DNA from: Octopus vulgaris | Taxonomy: Eukaryota | Length of the DNA stretch: 64,000 bases | Assembly: GCA_951406725.2 (NCBI GenBank) | Contig: OX597839.1 | Location: 19,220,001-19,284,000 of the forward strand | Reading direction: 5' to 3' | Shown here: piece after piece, positions 1-14,505 of the stretch | How positions within the stretch are numbered: position 1 is the stretch's first letter | Layout of the letters: every line of letters starts with the position of its first letter | Made by a program: the position numbers and the translations under genes | The notes under the pieces: model-generated | What the model was told of the DNA's origin: nothing | What the model saw: the letters and a program-made list of their open reading frames with translations, nothing else | The model's database searches: none

Positions 1-9
1 TCTAAACGA

Positions 10-284
10 TATATATATATATACATCCATACATAGACATATATGTGCATATACATACACACATATATATATATACAAACATTAATACACACACACACAC
101 ATATATATATACACATACATACATATATAAACATATATATTTATATATATATATACATGCATACATATATAAACATATATATATATACACACATGCATAC
201 ATATATAAACATATATATATACACATACATACATATATAAACATATATATATATATATATATATACACATACATACATATATAA

Positions 285-316
<32 letters not shown>

Positions 317-418
317 ATTCATAGATATATAATTATATTTATATACATACATACATACATATATACATGCATACATATATATATATATATGTATTCATAG
401 ATATATAAGTATATTTAT

Positions 419-464
<46 letters not shown>

Positions 465-506
465 GCATACACACATATATATATGTATTCATAGATATAT
501 AATTAC

Positions 507-545
<39 letters not shown>

Positions 546-590
546 CACACATACATACATATATATATACGTATATATATATATAATAAG
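10..590. repeat. Degenerate (TA)n/(CA)n compound microsatellite
   Basis: Almost entirely ta/ca dinucleotide runs; ORFs here are YI/HT repeats. Confidence 0.95.
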
Positions 591-970
591 CACATAATAT
601 ATCCTTTCATGCTTCATTTCACCGGAATTCTTTGCCATTCATGTTGATCTCCATATTTTCCTATGCTTTCATGTTAAACACTCATTTTATTGACTAATTC
701 TCTTCTGTCTTACTACAACAACAACAAGAATCATATTTTTGAACTCACTTCACCAATCCCACCAAATTCGTTATATTAGTTAGAAACAAAGAACAACAAG
801 AACAATGAGAACAACAATAAGTGCAATATCGAGGCAGAACCATCATAAATCTTGTTCATTATCATCATTATCAACAGCGCCGTCGTCATCTCTAGCATCT
901 TGACCAGCTGAAGTATATATGTGTGTGTGAATGGTGGTGGTGAATGTGTTCATGCATGTGTGTGTATAAA

Positions 971-1030
<60 letters not shown>

Positions 1031-1244
1031 TATATATATATTATATATATATTATATATATAAAGGGCGCCGTGATGGCGTATATATATATATGGCCTAT
1101 CTGGTGACGTTGATGTTCGCCTGGGGCTAAATGCAACAGTGACACCCCACCACCCTGCCCTGTCCCTAGCCATATTCGGTTGGCTAATATCCCTTATATT
1201 ACAGAGCAGTCACTGTCTATATCTCATCTAGAGAATTATTATTG

Positions 1245-1329
<85 letters not shown>

Positions 1330-1359
1330 GGTTTGGAGATGATGTACAGGAATTTTATA

Positions 1360-1728
1360 TTAGAAGAAATGAGGTACTCAGAAATTCGGATGGTTTTATA
1401 TTTACAGATATTTATTTGTATATTACATGTCTTTATACATCATATATCATATATCACACACGCACACACACACACACACACACATGCTCTCTCTCTCTCC
1501 CTCACTTTCTCCCCATTCATCACCCTCTTGTACTATCTCATATCCCTCCCAACCACTACACACTCAATAACACTATAAAATGGTCAAATTTTTCCACAAC
1601 AAACTAGAATGGACGAAAGCGCTGATATATGATATATGATTAATGAAGTATAAAAACATGTAATATACAAATATATATATCTGTAAATATAAAACCATCC
1701 GAATTTCTGAGTACCCCATTTCTTCTAA
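1360..1728. mobile_element. MITE-like element with ~100-bp inverted arms
   Basis: 1360-1456 (ttagaagaaatgaggtactcagaaattcggatggttttatatttacagata...) is the reverse complement of 1623-1728 (...tatctgtaaatataaaaccatccgaatttctgagtaccccatttcttctaa). It lies in TA-rich flanks and has no ORF. Confidence 0.75.
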
Positions 1729-2015
1729 GATATATATATATATTAGAGAGAGAGGGAGGGAGGGAGAGAAAGAGAGGGAGTGTGTGCGTGCGTGTGTGTG
1801 TGCGTATTTGAAGCGGCGTACAGATATTGTATATTAAGTGGCAATCAGAATTTTTGGAAAATTCATCATTAGCGCTTTCGTCCGTTCAATCGAACTATTC
1901 AAGATATAAAGCACAGAAAATTTCTTCCACTTTATACATAACAGATGGACGAAAACGCTAGCCTTCCTATATATATATATATATTTATATATTTATATAT
2001 ATATATATATATATC

Positions 2016-2174
2016 AAGGGGATAAACATAGAGGGGACAAACAAGGACAGACAAAGGGATTAAGTCGATTACAGCGACCCCAGTGCGAAACTGGTACTTT
2101 ATTTAACGATCCCGAAAGGAAGAAAGGCAAAGTCGACCTCAGCGGAATTTGAACTTAGAACGTAACGACAGACG
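2016..2174 (-). mobile_element. SINE family A, partial copy
   Basis: Matches the reverse complement of the gttcaaattccgccgaggtcgactttgcctttcatcctttcggggtcgat core seen in many other copies in the window. Confidence 0.85.
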
Positions 2175-2365
2175 TATATATATATATATAAGAAAACACC
2201 TTTTTCAGCTGGTTAACGACTTGATATACTGGTCTTGCCAGGCTGAACGTGTGTGCTTTGCTCCCTACCTCATAATATATTAAACACAGGTTGTGTGCCT
2301 TTAAAGATATTTTCCTAGGGTTAAAATCTAGTAACATTGTTCTGGATAGAAAAGCCATGTTATAA

Positions 2366-2431
<66 letters not shown>

Positions 2432-2432
<1 letters not shown>

Positions 2433-2765
2433 GCCATCATCTCACAGAAACAGTCTGGGAAAATAGAAAACAGGCTGCATACACCATTATTGCTGACTAT
2501 AAGGCGTGCGTCTTAAGTATGGTACTTTACGGTCGTGAGACGTGGAACCCCTAATCCAGTATGAGTGGCGTGTCAGCGTCTTCCACCTTCGTAATTTGAG
2601 ACTCATCCCCAGCATGGAAGTACTCAAACGACAAAGATATCCTGTATACCCACCCTGCTCCAGTAGTGTCGTTTGCACTGGCTTGTTCATGAACATCGAA
2701 TGTTGGACGGGAGGATTATAAAAGACCTCCTGTATGGCGGATTGGCCAAGAGAACAATTGGACTT
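2432..2765 (+). pseudogene. Degenerate RTE-clade (BovB-like) LINE ORF fragment
   Basis: Manual translation across frameshifts gives YKACVLSMVLYGRETW...VFHLRNLR...CRLHWLVHEHRMLDGRIIKDLLYGGLA. This matches the RTE post-RT motifs LLYGxETW and LRWLGHVxRMxDGRIPKxLLYGEL. Confidence 0.8.
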
Positions 2766-2883
2766 GGATGAACTCATCTTTGTTTCAAATATATACCCTC
2801 CAATCTTAGAGTGTCTTGGGGAAATTTCGAACCTGGGTTCTCATTCCTAAAGTATTTTTCGATGTTGTTGTTATTATTATTAT

Positions 2884-2958
2884 ATGGCGTAGTGGTTAAG
2901 AGCGCTGGCTACAAACCCCAAAATTCCGTGTTCGATTCCAGGCAATGACCTGAATAGT

Positions 2959-2997
<39 letters not shown>

Positions 2998-3170
2998 TTT
3001 AATAGTAAAAATAATAACAACATCGAAAAAATAACTTAGGAATGAGAACCCAGGTTCCAAATTTCACCAAAACACTTGATGAAGGCTGGAGGGTATATCA
3101 ACAGAAACGTTGTGTTAACAACAAACAAGATGAGGACAAATATCCGTCAAATGTAAATAATGTATATAAT
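2884..3170 (+). mobile_element. tRNA-headed non-autonomous retroelement ending in a hammerhead motif
   Basis: A box tggcgtagtgg (2885-2895), B box gttcgattcc (2930-2939), an (AAT)n spacer, then an HHR-like motif at 3071-3115. An inverted partial copy of the 3' half lies at 2773-2882. Confidence 0.65.
3071..3115 (+). ncRNA. Type I minimal hammerhead ribozyme motif (degenerate)
   Basis: aacac-TTGATGA-a-ggctg..caaca-GAAAC-GTT-gtgtt. Stem I aacac/gtgtt is perfect; the core has C3>U and stem II is partly decayed. Confidence 0.65.
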
Positions 3171-3394
3171 TTCTCATCCCTTAAACATAGAAAAGTAATA
3201 ATGGTTTGATATTTTGGTACTGGGCACATCGACCCCAGTACATGACTGGTATTTATTCTATTGATCCCGAAAATCCATAAAATAATATTATTATTGTGTG
3301 AGAGAGCAGTGCATGCATCAAATTAACACTGGGGTACAAATATACAAAGTCCAGTGCACCCGTAATGACCACCCCCTCTGATAAGGGCAGACCA

Positions 3395-3613
3395 GGCACA
3401 GTATCAGAAGGCACCAAGGGGAATATAAAGGAAATTGGAAAAGAGGGCCCAATAGAACTGTTCCAAAAGGTTTGCCTCCTTGGCACGGTCAGAATAATCA
3501 GGAAAGTATTAGATAGCTGAAAAGAACGGATAGCATGGTACCGTAGGCTGCGGGTAGCAAACCCTCTACGCATGCGAGACTCCAGGAGTTCCATTAAAAC
3601 CTCTGGTAAAGAG

Positions 3614-3615
<2 letters not shown>
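3395..3615 (+). mobile_element. 3' end of an R4/Dong-like (restriction-like endonuclease) non-LTR retrotransposon
   Basis: 3395-3520 translates GTVSEGTKGNIKEIGKEGPIELFQKVCLLGTVRIIRKVLDS*, resembling the LQKxxLLGTARILRKVL C-terminus of R4/Dong elements. A short UTR follows, directly abutting (AAT)n. Confidence 0.7.

Positions 3616-3700
<85 letters not shown>
3615..3700. repeat. (AAT)n microsatellite
   Basis: Perfect aat run. Confidence 0.95.
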
Positions 3701-3701
<1 letters not shown>

Positions 3702-3944
3702 TGCAGCAGCACAGAGACAACGGCTACAATATTAACGACAACAACAATGACTGTAGAAACGGCAATGGAATATTGAAAAGAGCAATGATAAGCACAAGAA
3801 CTGAAGTTTAAATGCAGTAATAGCAACCTTGGCCACAACGTTGAGGGTAAGAACAAGTAACAGCAAACAATATGACAACAATAACAATGAGAATAGCAAA
3901 GATAATAGGAACAACATCAAACAACAACAACAGTTGCATCAATA

Positions 3945-4000
<56 letters not shown>

Positions 4001-4168
4001 TAATAATAATAAAAATAATCCTCTACGGGAAAACAATAATGTAAATAAAGAGTTAAGTAACAAAAAAGGAAAATAATATTAAATTGTGTCCTTTTGTGAC
4101 CCAAGTCAATTTCCTGTCGTATCGTAATGGTGAGAGACAGAGAGGAAGAAAGTGTGAGAGAGAGGCAG

Positions 4169-4199
<31 letters not shown>

Positions 4200-4275
4200 A
4201 AGAGAGAGGCAGAGAGTGAGGGGAAGAGATAATTTGAAAGAAAGAGAAGGAGCAACAGAAAGAAAAAGAGGAAGA

Positions 4276-5840
<1,565 letters not shown>

Positions 5841-6303
5841 ACAAAGAAAGAGAGAAAGAAAGTGTGAGATGTGAGTGTGAGAGCAACTGAGAGAGATTGA
5901 CGGAAACACACACACACACACACACATATCTATTGACCAGGTTTTTATTAATCTCTTTATTATTTTTCTACTATTATTTTTATGACATTTCGAAATGCAC
6001 AGACGTGCAAATAAATGCAGGAATTAAAAGAAAAAAAAAATAGCAACAACAAGACAATGAAAAAAGCAAACAAAAACGAAATAGAAATAAAGAAAAAAAT
6101 CCATTAAAGAAACAAATAAAAATTCAAGAATAAGAAAGCGAAACATATTATTATAGAAGACTATCTAATGAAAACAGGAAAACACAAAAGAACTTGGAAT
6201 AAAATTGCGAAAATAAATAGTACTTCTGCTTCTTAATGGACATTTTCTTACTCTTGTTTGGCATTGTGATAGAAACAGGTCTTGTGTTTAACTGGAATAT
6301 TCA

Positions 6304-6377
6304 AACGGATCTTCCCCCTCGGGGTATAAGTCATTCTCTCTCTCGCTCGCTGTCACCTGCTGTCTTTGTATCTCTCT

Positions 6378-6447
<70 letters not shown>

Positions 6448-6528
6448 CGGATCTTCCTCCTCTGGGAATATGTACCTCTCTCTCTATTCTCTCGCTTTCT
6501 TTCTCTGTCACCTGCTGTCTCCGTGTCA

Positions 6529-6620
<92 letters not shown>
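6304..6620. repeat. Diverged tandem duplication (2 units)
   Basis: Two units begin aacggatcttcc (6305, 6446), share ctgtcacctgctgtct, and end in (TC)n(TA)n. Confidence 0.75.
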
Positions 6621-6622
<2 letters not shown>

Positions 6623-7565
6623 TTTCCTCTAGTTTCAGCTCAGAACTGCGGCCATGCTGATGCACCGCCGTTTATATATATATATATATATTTTTTTTTT
6701 TTATATATGTGTTTGTATGTATGTATGTATGTATGTATGTATGTATACACGTTATGTGTGTTTCAGGTAATTATGCATATATACATATATATACAGGGTA
6801 AGAGAGATAGCGGTCTCTATCTCGCTCTCTCTATTTTTTTTGTCTCTGGTCTATCTGTTATGTCCTTCGATGACAATCCTACAGTATAAAAGTAGTAAGG
6901 TAATAAGCATGCCAAATAATGTTTAAATCTATAACAAAAACGTAGAAAAAACTCAACAAAGTGTAAAAATTATAGAGCAATGTAACTTTACATACATACA
7001 TAAATACATTCATACATATACAATACCTGTGTCTTTATGTGAATATATTCAAATGAACACACACATGCACGAGTATGTAGATATATATATGTAGACACGA
7101 ACCTATATAAATCTCTACATATTACCAACCAATACATATATACGTGCATACATGACGTAATGGTAGCTATGGAAACGTTGAGAGTTTAAAATCAAGATTA
7201 CTAGGAATCCACTGTGCTTCTGCTGCAATAAAATGTTTTCTAAAGGAAACCAAATAAATTATAAAACGTAAATGTATTTGTATTTATCATGAGGAAAAAA
7301 TGTAAATTATCAATGTTTTGGGCATATGCTCCTTATCAAAATAAAGAACAAGAATTCTCACGGGGAATATAAATACATAAATTTTAATATTTCTTTCTTT
7401 CACAACTTCGCGTGTGTTGGCTCTTTATGGATTATCTAATGTTTCATTCGTACCATAATTCTTCATTGACAGAGCGTAAATAATTCAAGCTGTTTATCCT
7501 TCTTTTATTTGGTTTAGTCCTTAAATTTGTCAGTTTTATTTATTCAGTATTTTATTCACTTATTT

Positions 7566-7864
7566 GTGAAGGTGCATGGCTTAGTGGTTAGGGGTGTCCA
7601 GCTCACGATCGTAGGACCGTGAATTCGGTTCCCAGTGGCGCATTACGTCCTTGACCAAGACACTATTTCACGCAGCTTTTGTCGATTCAGTTGGGGAAAT
7701 GAGTTGTACCTGTAATTACAAAGTGCCAGGTTTTCACATTCTGTATCTCGCTGAATCTCCCTCAGAACTACTGTGGAGTGCTCAGCCATTTGTACGATAA
7801 TTTCAAGAGCAGGCCGCTCTGTTGGTCGAATCAACAGCAACGCTCGTCGTCGTGACCGACGGAA
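7566..7864 (+). mobile_element. tRNA-derived SINE, head-2 + tail-X type (diverged)
   Basis: A box tggcttagtgg, gtccttgaccaagacact body, tail ...gtggagtgctcagcc...cgtcgtcgtgaccgacgga. Confidence 0.8.
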
Positions 7865-8059
7865 TGTCAAGTGGAAGACACGAGTATTCATTCACTTCTT
7901 TCTTTGCTCCAGAGCTTCTCAACCATTCTTATCTATGGACTACTTTGATTCCAATTTTACTCGAATGGACACTCATAGCCATTCGATGATTAAAAATCCA
8001 ATTGTATTTACATAGTGATATTTAGACGAGAAACTACATCTAAACCTGATTATAAATCT

Positions 8060-8445
8060 TTGGAAGGACTCCGTCGGTTACGACGACGAGGGTTCCGGTT
8101 GATCCGAATCAACGGAACAGCCTGCTCGTGAAATTAACGTGTAAGTGGCTGAGCACTCCACAGACACGTGTACCCTTAACGTAGTTCTCGGGGATATTCA
8201 GCGTGACACAGAGAGTGACAAGGCCGGCCCTTTGAAATACAGGTACAACAGAAACAGGAAGTAAGAGTGAGAGAAAGTTGTGGTGAAAGTGTACAGCAGG
8301 GATCATCACCATCCCCTGCCGGAGCCTCGTGGAGCTTTAGGTGTTTTCGCTCAATAAACACTCACAACGCCCGGTCTGAGAATCGAAACCGCGATCCTAT
8401 GACCGCCAGTCCGCTGCCCTAACCACTGGGCCATTGCGCCTCCAC
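8060..8445 (-). mobile_element. tRNA-derived SINE, head-1 + tail-X type, full length with target-site duplication (TSD)
   Basis: On the minus strand, A box tggcccagtgg and B-box-like gtttcgattct. A 10-bp TSD ttataaatct is at 8050-8059 and 8446-8455. Confidence 0.9.
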
Positions 8446-8737
8446 TTATAAATCTAATGTATTGCCGGTAGGGGTCTCCTTTTCTATAGTTCTCTAATTG
8501 AACAGCCATATTTATAAAATATGCTGCGTAACTTAACATAATCATTCAGGCTGTGCTTATGCCTTATATATATATATATATATATATAAAATAATTATTA
8601 TTTGGGGGAATATTAATCCTAACTTACAGGGAAAAAATTCAATTTAGAAATACTAAATGAAATTTCACACAATATATATATGAATTTTGGGGTTCATTTT
8701 GAATTGATAAGAGGTGTTTTTTTCTAATTTATATATA

Positions 8738-8947
8738 TAGTTAATCCAAACATGAAAGCACAAAAATAAAAACACAACAACGCGAGGACGTGGAACAAAT
8801 ATAGTATTATTGGACGCTCAGGAAAGACGGAAAGAAGGAGGGTTTCACGTTTCGAGCGGAGCTCTTCGTCGGAAACATAGGAGAAGGAAAGATCTAGAGA
8901 AGGGAAGACAGAGGAAAAAAAATCGCCAACGGTACACACGCAGTCAC
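8738..8947 (-). mobile_element. ~210-bp PLE-type non-coding repeat carrying an HHR-like motif (copy 1)
   Basis: Near-identical to 9846-10052. Minus strand 8842-8876 reads gttt-CCGACGA-a-gagc-tcc-gctc-GAAAC-gtg-aaac. Confidence 0.7.
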
Positions 8948-9040
8948 GAGGGAGATAAATTAAATATTAATTTAATTAATATCAATTTAAAACTAGTAGC
9001 CTAGCACACAAAAATCAGAAAAATCAGAGAAAATTCTAAT

Positions 9041-9200
9041 ATATGTGTATATTTTAAGGGCTAAAAACCACTATGTGGACAGCCATATGCTAAAAATAGA
9101 TCACCTACGATCAAACTAGAACATTCTTTCTTTGTAGTTTGATCGTAGGTGATCTATTTCTAACATATGGCTGTCCACATAAGGGATTTTAGCCCATAAA

Positions 9201-9210
<10 letters not shown>
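9041..9210. repeat. Long inverted repeat / foldback hairpin
   Basis: 9041-9118 pairs with 9135-9210 (tatgtggacagccatatg...tagatcacctacgatcaaacta / tagtttgatcgtaggtgatcta...catatggctgtccacata), with a 16-nt loop. Confidence 0.9.
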
Positions 9211-9249
<39 letters not shown>

Positions 9250-9507
9250 AAGCAGGAAGATGGAATGAACAGGTTTCAATCACAAATCACTACAATTGTT
9301 TCTGTGCAGCAGTCGCAACAGTTAGCTGCTTGATTTTCCATATTATACAATTATATAAATTAATATTATCCAGCAGTAGCTCTATACCCGCACGTCCTCT
9401 GCTGAGCGGCTTTGGGGGCCATGACCAGTGCCCTCTTTCCCTCTCTCTCCGTATGTATATATATACATACACACACACACACATATAAATATATATATAT
9501 ATGTATT

Positions 9508-9594
<87 letters not shown>

Positions 9595-9648
9595 GACTTC
9601 TTTTATTTTACAATTTTCTACAAAATATTATTGTGGTTTTTATGATTT

Positions 9649-9768
9649 ACGTATTTCCACTGCTCAGATTACGGGCAGTTTCAGATGCAAACAAGTACAA
9701 TTTTCAATGCAGTTCTTCGTGTCCAGTTACATCTGCAGCTGGCCGTAACCTGTGCAGTGGAAACACGT
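9649..9768. repeat. Imperfect inverted repeat (~43-bp arms, ~33-nt loop)
   Basis: acgtatttccactgctcagattacgggcagtttcagatgcaaac versus gttacatctgcagctggccgtaacctgtgcagtggaaacacgt. Confidence 0.85.
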
Positions 9769-9845
9769 GTAGATCAAAAAATTCATATTAATATACTCTA
9801 TAAAATTATATAGAGTATATATATATTTATATATATATATATATA

Positions 9846-10052
9846 TAGTTAATCCAAACATGAATACGCAAAGAGAAAACACAACAACGCGAGGACGTGG
9901 AACAAATATAGTATTATTGGATGCTCAGGAAAGAAGGAAACAAGGAGGGTTCAACGTTTCGAGCGAAGCTCTTCGTCGGAAATATAAGAGAAGGAAAGAT
10001 CCAGAGAAGGGAAGACGGAGGAAAAAATCGCCAACGGTACACACGCGGTCAC
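9846..10052 (-). mobile_element. ~210-bp PLE-type repeat with HHR-like motif (copy 2)
   Basis: Minus strand 9949-9983 reads attt-CCGACGA-a-gagc-ttc-gctc-GAAAC-GTT-gaac. The direct repeat ctataaaattatatagagt lies on both sides (9798-9816, 10088-10106). Confidence 0.7.
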
Positions 10053-10278
10053 ATATATATATATACTCTATCTATATACTCTATATACTATAAAATTATA
10101 TAGAGTGCATATAGAAAATCGCTTCGAATCTCTGTTTTTCATGCAAAAAGTGAATTATTAGATCATTGATATACTAGGAAGGTATTTTATGTGTATAGTG
10201 ATATTTACGTCTTACCTAAAATGCAACTGAGGATTGGAGACCAAGACGCATTTGACTTTATACATCTCTCTCTCTCTC

Positions 10279-10378
<100 letters not shown>

Positions 10379-10462
10379 GAGTATATGGGTGTGTTTTCTG
10401 TGTGTCTATATATGTGCAAGTATCAGTCTCTTTTTCTCTGTGTGTGTATGTATGTGTGTGTG

Positions 10463-10539
<77 letters not shown>

Positions 10540-11051
10540 ATGTATGTATATATATATATATATATACACAGAGACACACACGCGCTCACACACACACATG
10601 CACACTAGTATATGTAAATGTATAAACCCATAGCTCCGAGACCTCGATGTCAGTGGTATGGTTCTGAATTAATAGACTGCATGTTTTACATACATATATT
10701 GAGTTCTTTATTTGGAACACGCAGATGTATCAGATATCTATCTATCTGTCTGTGTGTCTGTCTGTCTCTCTATCCATCTATCTATCTATCTATCTGTTTC
10801 TACTTCTCGTTTTCCCTACCTCTCTGTCCCCCCTCTCTCTGTATGTATATACTTACAGATATATATATATATATGATATATATATCATATATATATTATT
10901 ATAAACTTGTATACGTAGATTGATATATGTACTTAAATAGATGGGTACACACACGCATGTATATGTATATGCATATAAGTGTATATATTCATATATATAT
11001 ACATATATGTGTATATATATGTGTATATATATATATATATATATGTGTATA

Positions 11052-11171
<120 letters not shown>

Positions 11172-11764
11172 CATACATATATATATACATATATATATAT
11201 ATATACAATTATGTTTATACACTTTACACACACACACATATGAATTTATATAGCCACGTCTATAAAAGCTTTCCCTCCCTACAAGCAGTCACATCATAAA
11301 ACTGCCATTTTAAGTGACAATCAGCGAGTAATTACTGCTATGCTGTGCTATGCCACACAAAATTTTACAATTCATCTTAAACAACCGTCATTGGCCACTG
11401 TAGGAGTAAAAGTACGAGAGGGAGGTTGGTTTAATAAGATAAGAGGTTGTCTACAGGGTACGTCAAAACGATATTATTGATCGTTAGAGGCAGTCGTGGC
11501 TCTGAGTGTAGGTCAGTGCTGTTCATTAGAGTTGTTGATCTATTTTTCTTTTCTTCGGTCACTAGTTTCAGGCGCTAAACTACCGGCCATGCTGGGTCAC
11601 CGTTATGGGGAACTTTTAGTCGTATTTAGCGACGCAGTACTTACACTATGGGACCCTGTTGGTCAAAACGCTAAATAAAGGCGATGTAAACACACCAACA
11701 CCGGGTGTCAAGCGGTGGTGGTAGAGCAATCACAGACACAAAGATTCACACATATATGTCAGCA

Positions 11765-11960
11765 ATGTAACTACACGTGGGCCATTGGCGATTTCTTCTT
11801 CTCCTTCTTTGGACATTTCCCTTTCTACTCTCCGACGAAGAGCAATGCTCGAAATATTAAACTCTCTTCTTTCAGCGAGTCTCAAGCATTTACTCCTTAT
11901 GCACGTTCCCACGTTCGTTGTTTTCTTTTTTTTCGTTCGTTTATTTCAATTCTTTGTTTA
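11765..11960 (+). mobile_element. Diverged copy 3 of the ~210-bp HHR-bearing repeat
   Basis: ttggcgattt...ctttctactctCCGACGAagagcaatgctcGAAAtattaaac aligns with the reverse complement of the 8738 and 9846 copies. Confidence 0.65.
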
Positions 11961-12094
11961 TTTGAATTGTTTGTACATACAAGAATAGCTATACTAACAA
12001 TCCAACATATTGTTGGGTGAAGGTGAGAGGCAATTTCCGACCGCTTTTAACAGGTAGAATACTTCAGTCTGATGTGGGCAGTTTAAAAGCAAGA

Positions 12095-12825
12095 TATGAA
12101 AACTAGATTTATAGATATTTCTTTCAGAATTTATAGTTTGTTTTTTCACACATTCACTTGTATAGATTTACAATAGCACTAACAGAGAACATATTCCAGT
12201 GGGCGAAAACTTACTGAACTACTGAACTGTGTTAAAGGTCAGAGAAAAAAAAAACCTAGCTGCTTCTTGCAATAAATACGTCTGAAGCACACCTTTTTTA
12301 TGTACCCTAAAATACATCTTGTGACCTCCAGTTTACTTGGGCCCAATGTGGGCACTTTCAATAGGCATTTCTTTTAAAATTCCTATTTTGTTTTTCACAC
12401 TTTCGCTTGCGTAGGTTTGCAATAGCACTCACAGAGAGAATATATTTCAGTGAGCAGTTGTTTCTTGCAATAAGCACATCAAAATAGCATTTCTTTTTTT
12501 CATGGATCTTTAGAATACTAGAGTGCATCCACAGTTTACTATTATATATATGACTCCCAATCACGTTTTTGCCTATGGACCCCTTCGATTACTATTCTAT
12601 CACGATGAACCCCAAATCGATTCGACGTTTAAAAACTAGTTTTATAGATTCTTCTGTTAAACTATTTTGTTTTTTGTTCATTAATTTGTGTAAGCTGAAC
12701 TATGTAAAAACAAACGTTAGAGGGAGAGATCTAGTTGTTTATTGCAATAAATTCTTATGAAAGAAATTTACCCTAAAATACAGCTGAGGACCTGCCATTT
12801 ACTATCTTGCTTGTGTGGACTTTGG
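12095..12825. repeat. Old degenerate tandem triplication (~200-260-bp units)
   Basis: The blocks aaaactag(a/t)tttatagat, caatagcact(a/c)acagaga, (c/a)ttgcaataa and accctaaaataca recur in three successive units. Confidence 0.6.
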
Positions 12826-14505
12826 TTGTGAACCACTGATATAAACTAAACTACGACCGTCTCGGTTGCTTCTGTCTATGTTTAAAAGAGGGAAACGTTT
12901 TCCTTATTTGTTTTACCGAAAAATATTTACCGCTTAACGAACCAGAGAAGCAAACACTCACAAAAAAAATCAAAATTCACTTTTTACTAATTTATGGACC
13001 TTATATACTTTCTGCTCATAAATACTCATTTGAAACCACGGCGGATTTCGATTTTTTCGCTACTTTTAGATACTCAATTTTATAATCTGTTAAATGAGGA
13101 AACATAATTTTTGTAATTTTTGAAATGAAACCAAAAGTGAAGTTGGGCTCGTCAGCGATATAATTTTATAATTTTTTTCTCAAGAAATACAGTTATATTT
13201 TTTGTCGAGGGCTTATATGCCCTGATATTAAACTGTTCTCCCTAGTTCACCTAGTACGGTGAACGCCATAAGCTTTAAGCTTATATAAAAATACCATTAT
13301 TATTATTTACAGGATTGTAAAATACGACACTGCATAACAAAACCATTAGCAATTATATTATTATTTAAGTTGAGTATGCAGCCTAAAAGCTAAAACCTCT
13401 GCGAGTTAGTGAGATATTCTCTATATAGTCGAACCTTGCCCTGCAACAAAGAATATGTTCTGAGTTTTTAAATTCCAAATATAGTTTGAGAGTAAAGTAT
13501 CAAAACCTACCTGCATCCTTCTAAACTCAGAATTCTGCTGAAAAAGGAGAAAAGGAAAAAGAATTTAAAATGGTTATATGCACTTATTCGTTGCAATCGT
13601 TACATATTACATCTATATTTAAATGTGGTTGAGAAAGTAATAGGTATTTAAAGCAATGTATTATTTACCACGCATATAGTTGGTTACAGTTTAAGAGTTA
13701 TAATCATTTGGTTAGGTACTATCTTCGTACGAATTTTTATTCAGCCGGCGAGCTAATCTCACCATCAGTGACTTTTCAATCAGTGGCCGCGGGTTTTGTC
13801 TCAACAGGAAGCTGCCAGTCGGTGCATTCTACGAACAAAATCCAACGACGCAGAAATGTACATCCATCATTCTCACAGAACACCGCTGCTAAATTGCTTT
13901 TCGCGACGTTGTTGCATTACGCACGGTACACAGATGGCTACTTTAGACTAGTACTACTTCTGTTGCCTATAACGAAATTACTTATTTAATTTATTGTTAA
14001 CAGATGAGATCGTGCCAGCGAAATCTATTATTGAAAGCAAAATTTGAGTGATATTGCGTTTGGGAGCTATTCACATTGATACCAGCAGAGATATTACAAA
14101 TGTACTAGATGAACGATTAATTTTCAAACTGTCTGCTAACATTAAATAAATTAGATGGAATAATGCATATTATGTTTCTTTAAAATTCCCTCAAAGTTTA
14201 AAATGGCGCGGTAAATATTTAGTTTCGGTATTAATAAACAGTTAGTACATTAATATATTGATGAGCAACACTACAGATTGAAAGTTCGTTTTATGATATA
14301 AGCGACGAGATACATTTTGGTAAACTGCATTTGGCAAAGATTAAACATGAGAGAGAGAGAGAAACATAGGGGAGAGATAGAGATAGAAAGGGGGATTGAG
14401 GAGGGAGAGCAGATTAATGAGAAAAATAGAATAAGATGCAAGAACAACTTAGGAGACGTCAATATTGTTTTATACCTATATACAAGGACTACATATATAT
14501 GTATA

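Noticed and set aside
2884-2950. tRNA gene; likewise the other A/B-box heads
   Set aside because: There is no complete cloverleaf with an acceptor stem, and each head continues into a repeat body, so these are SINE heads.
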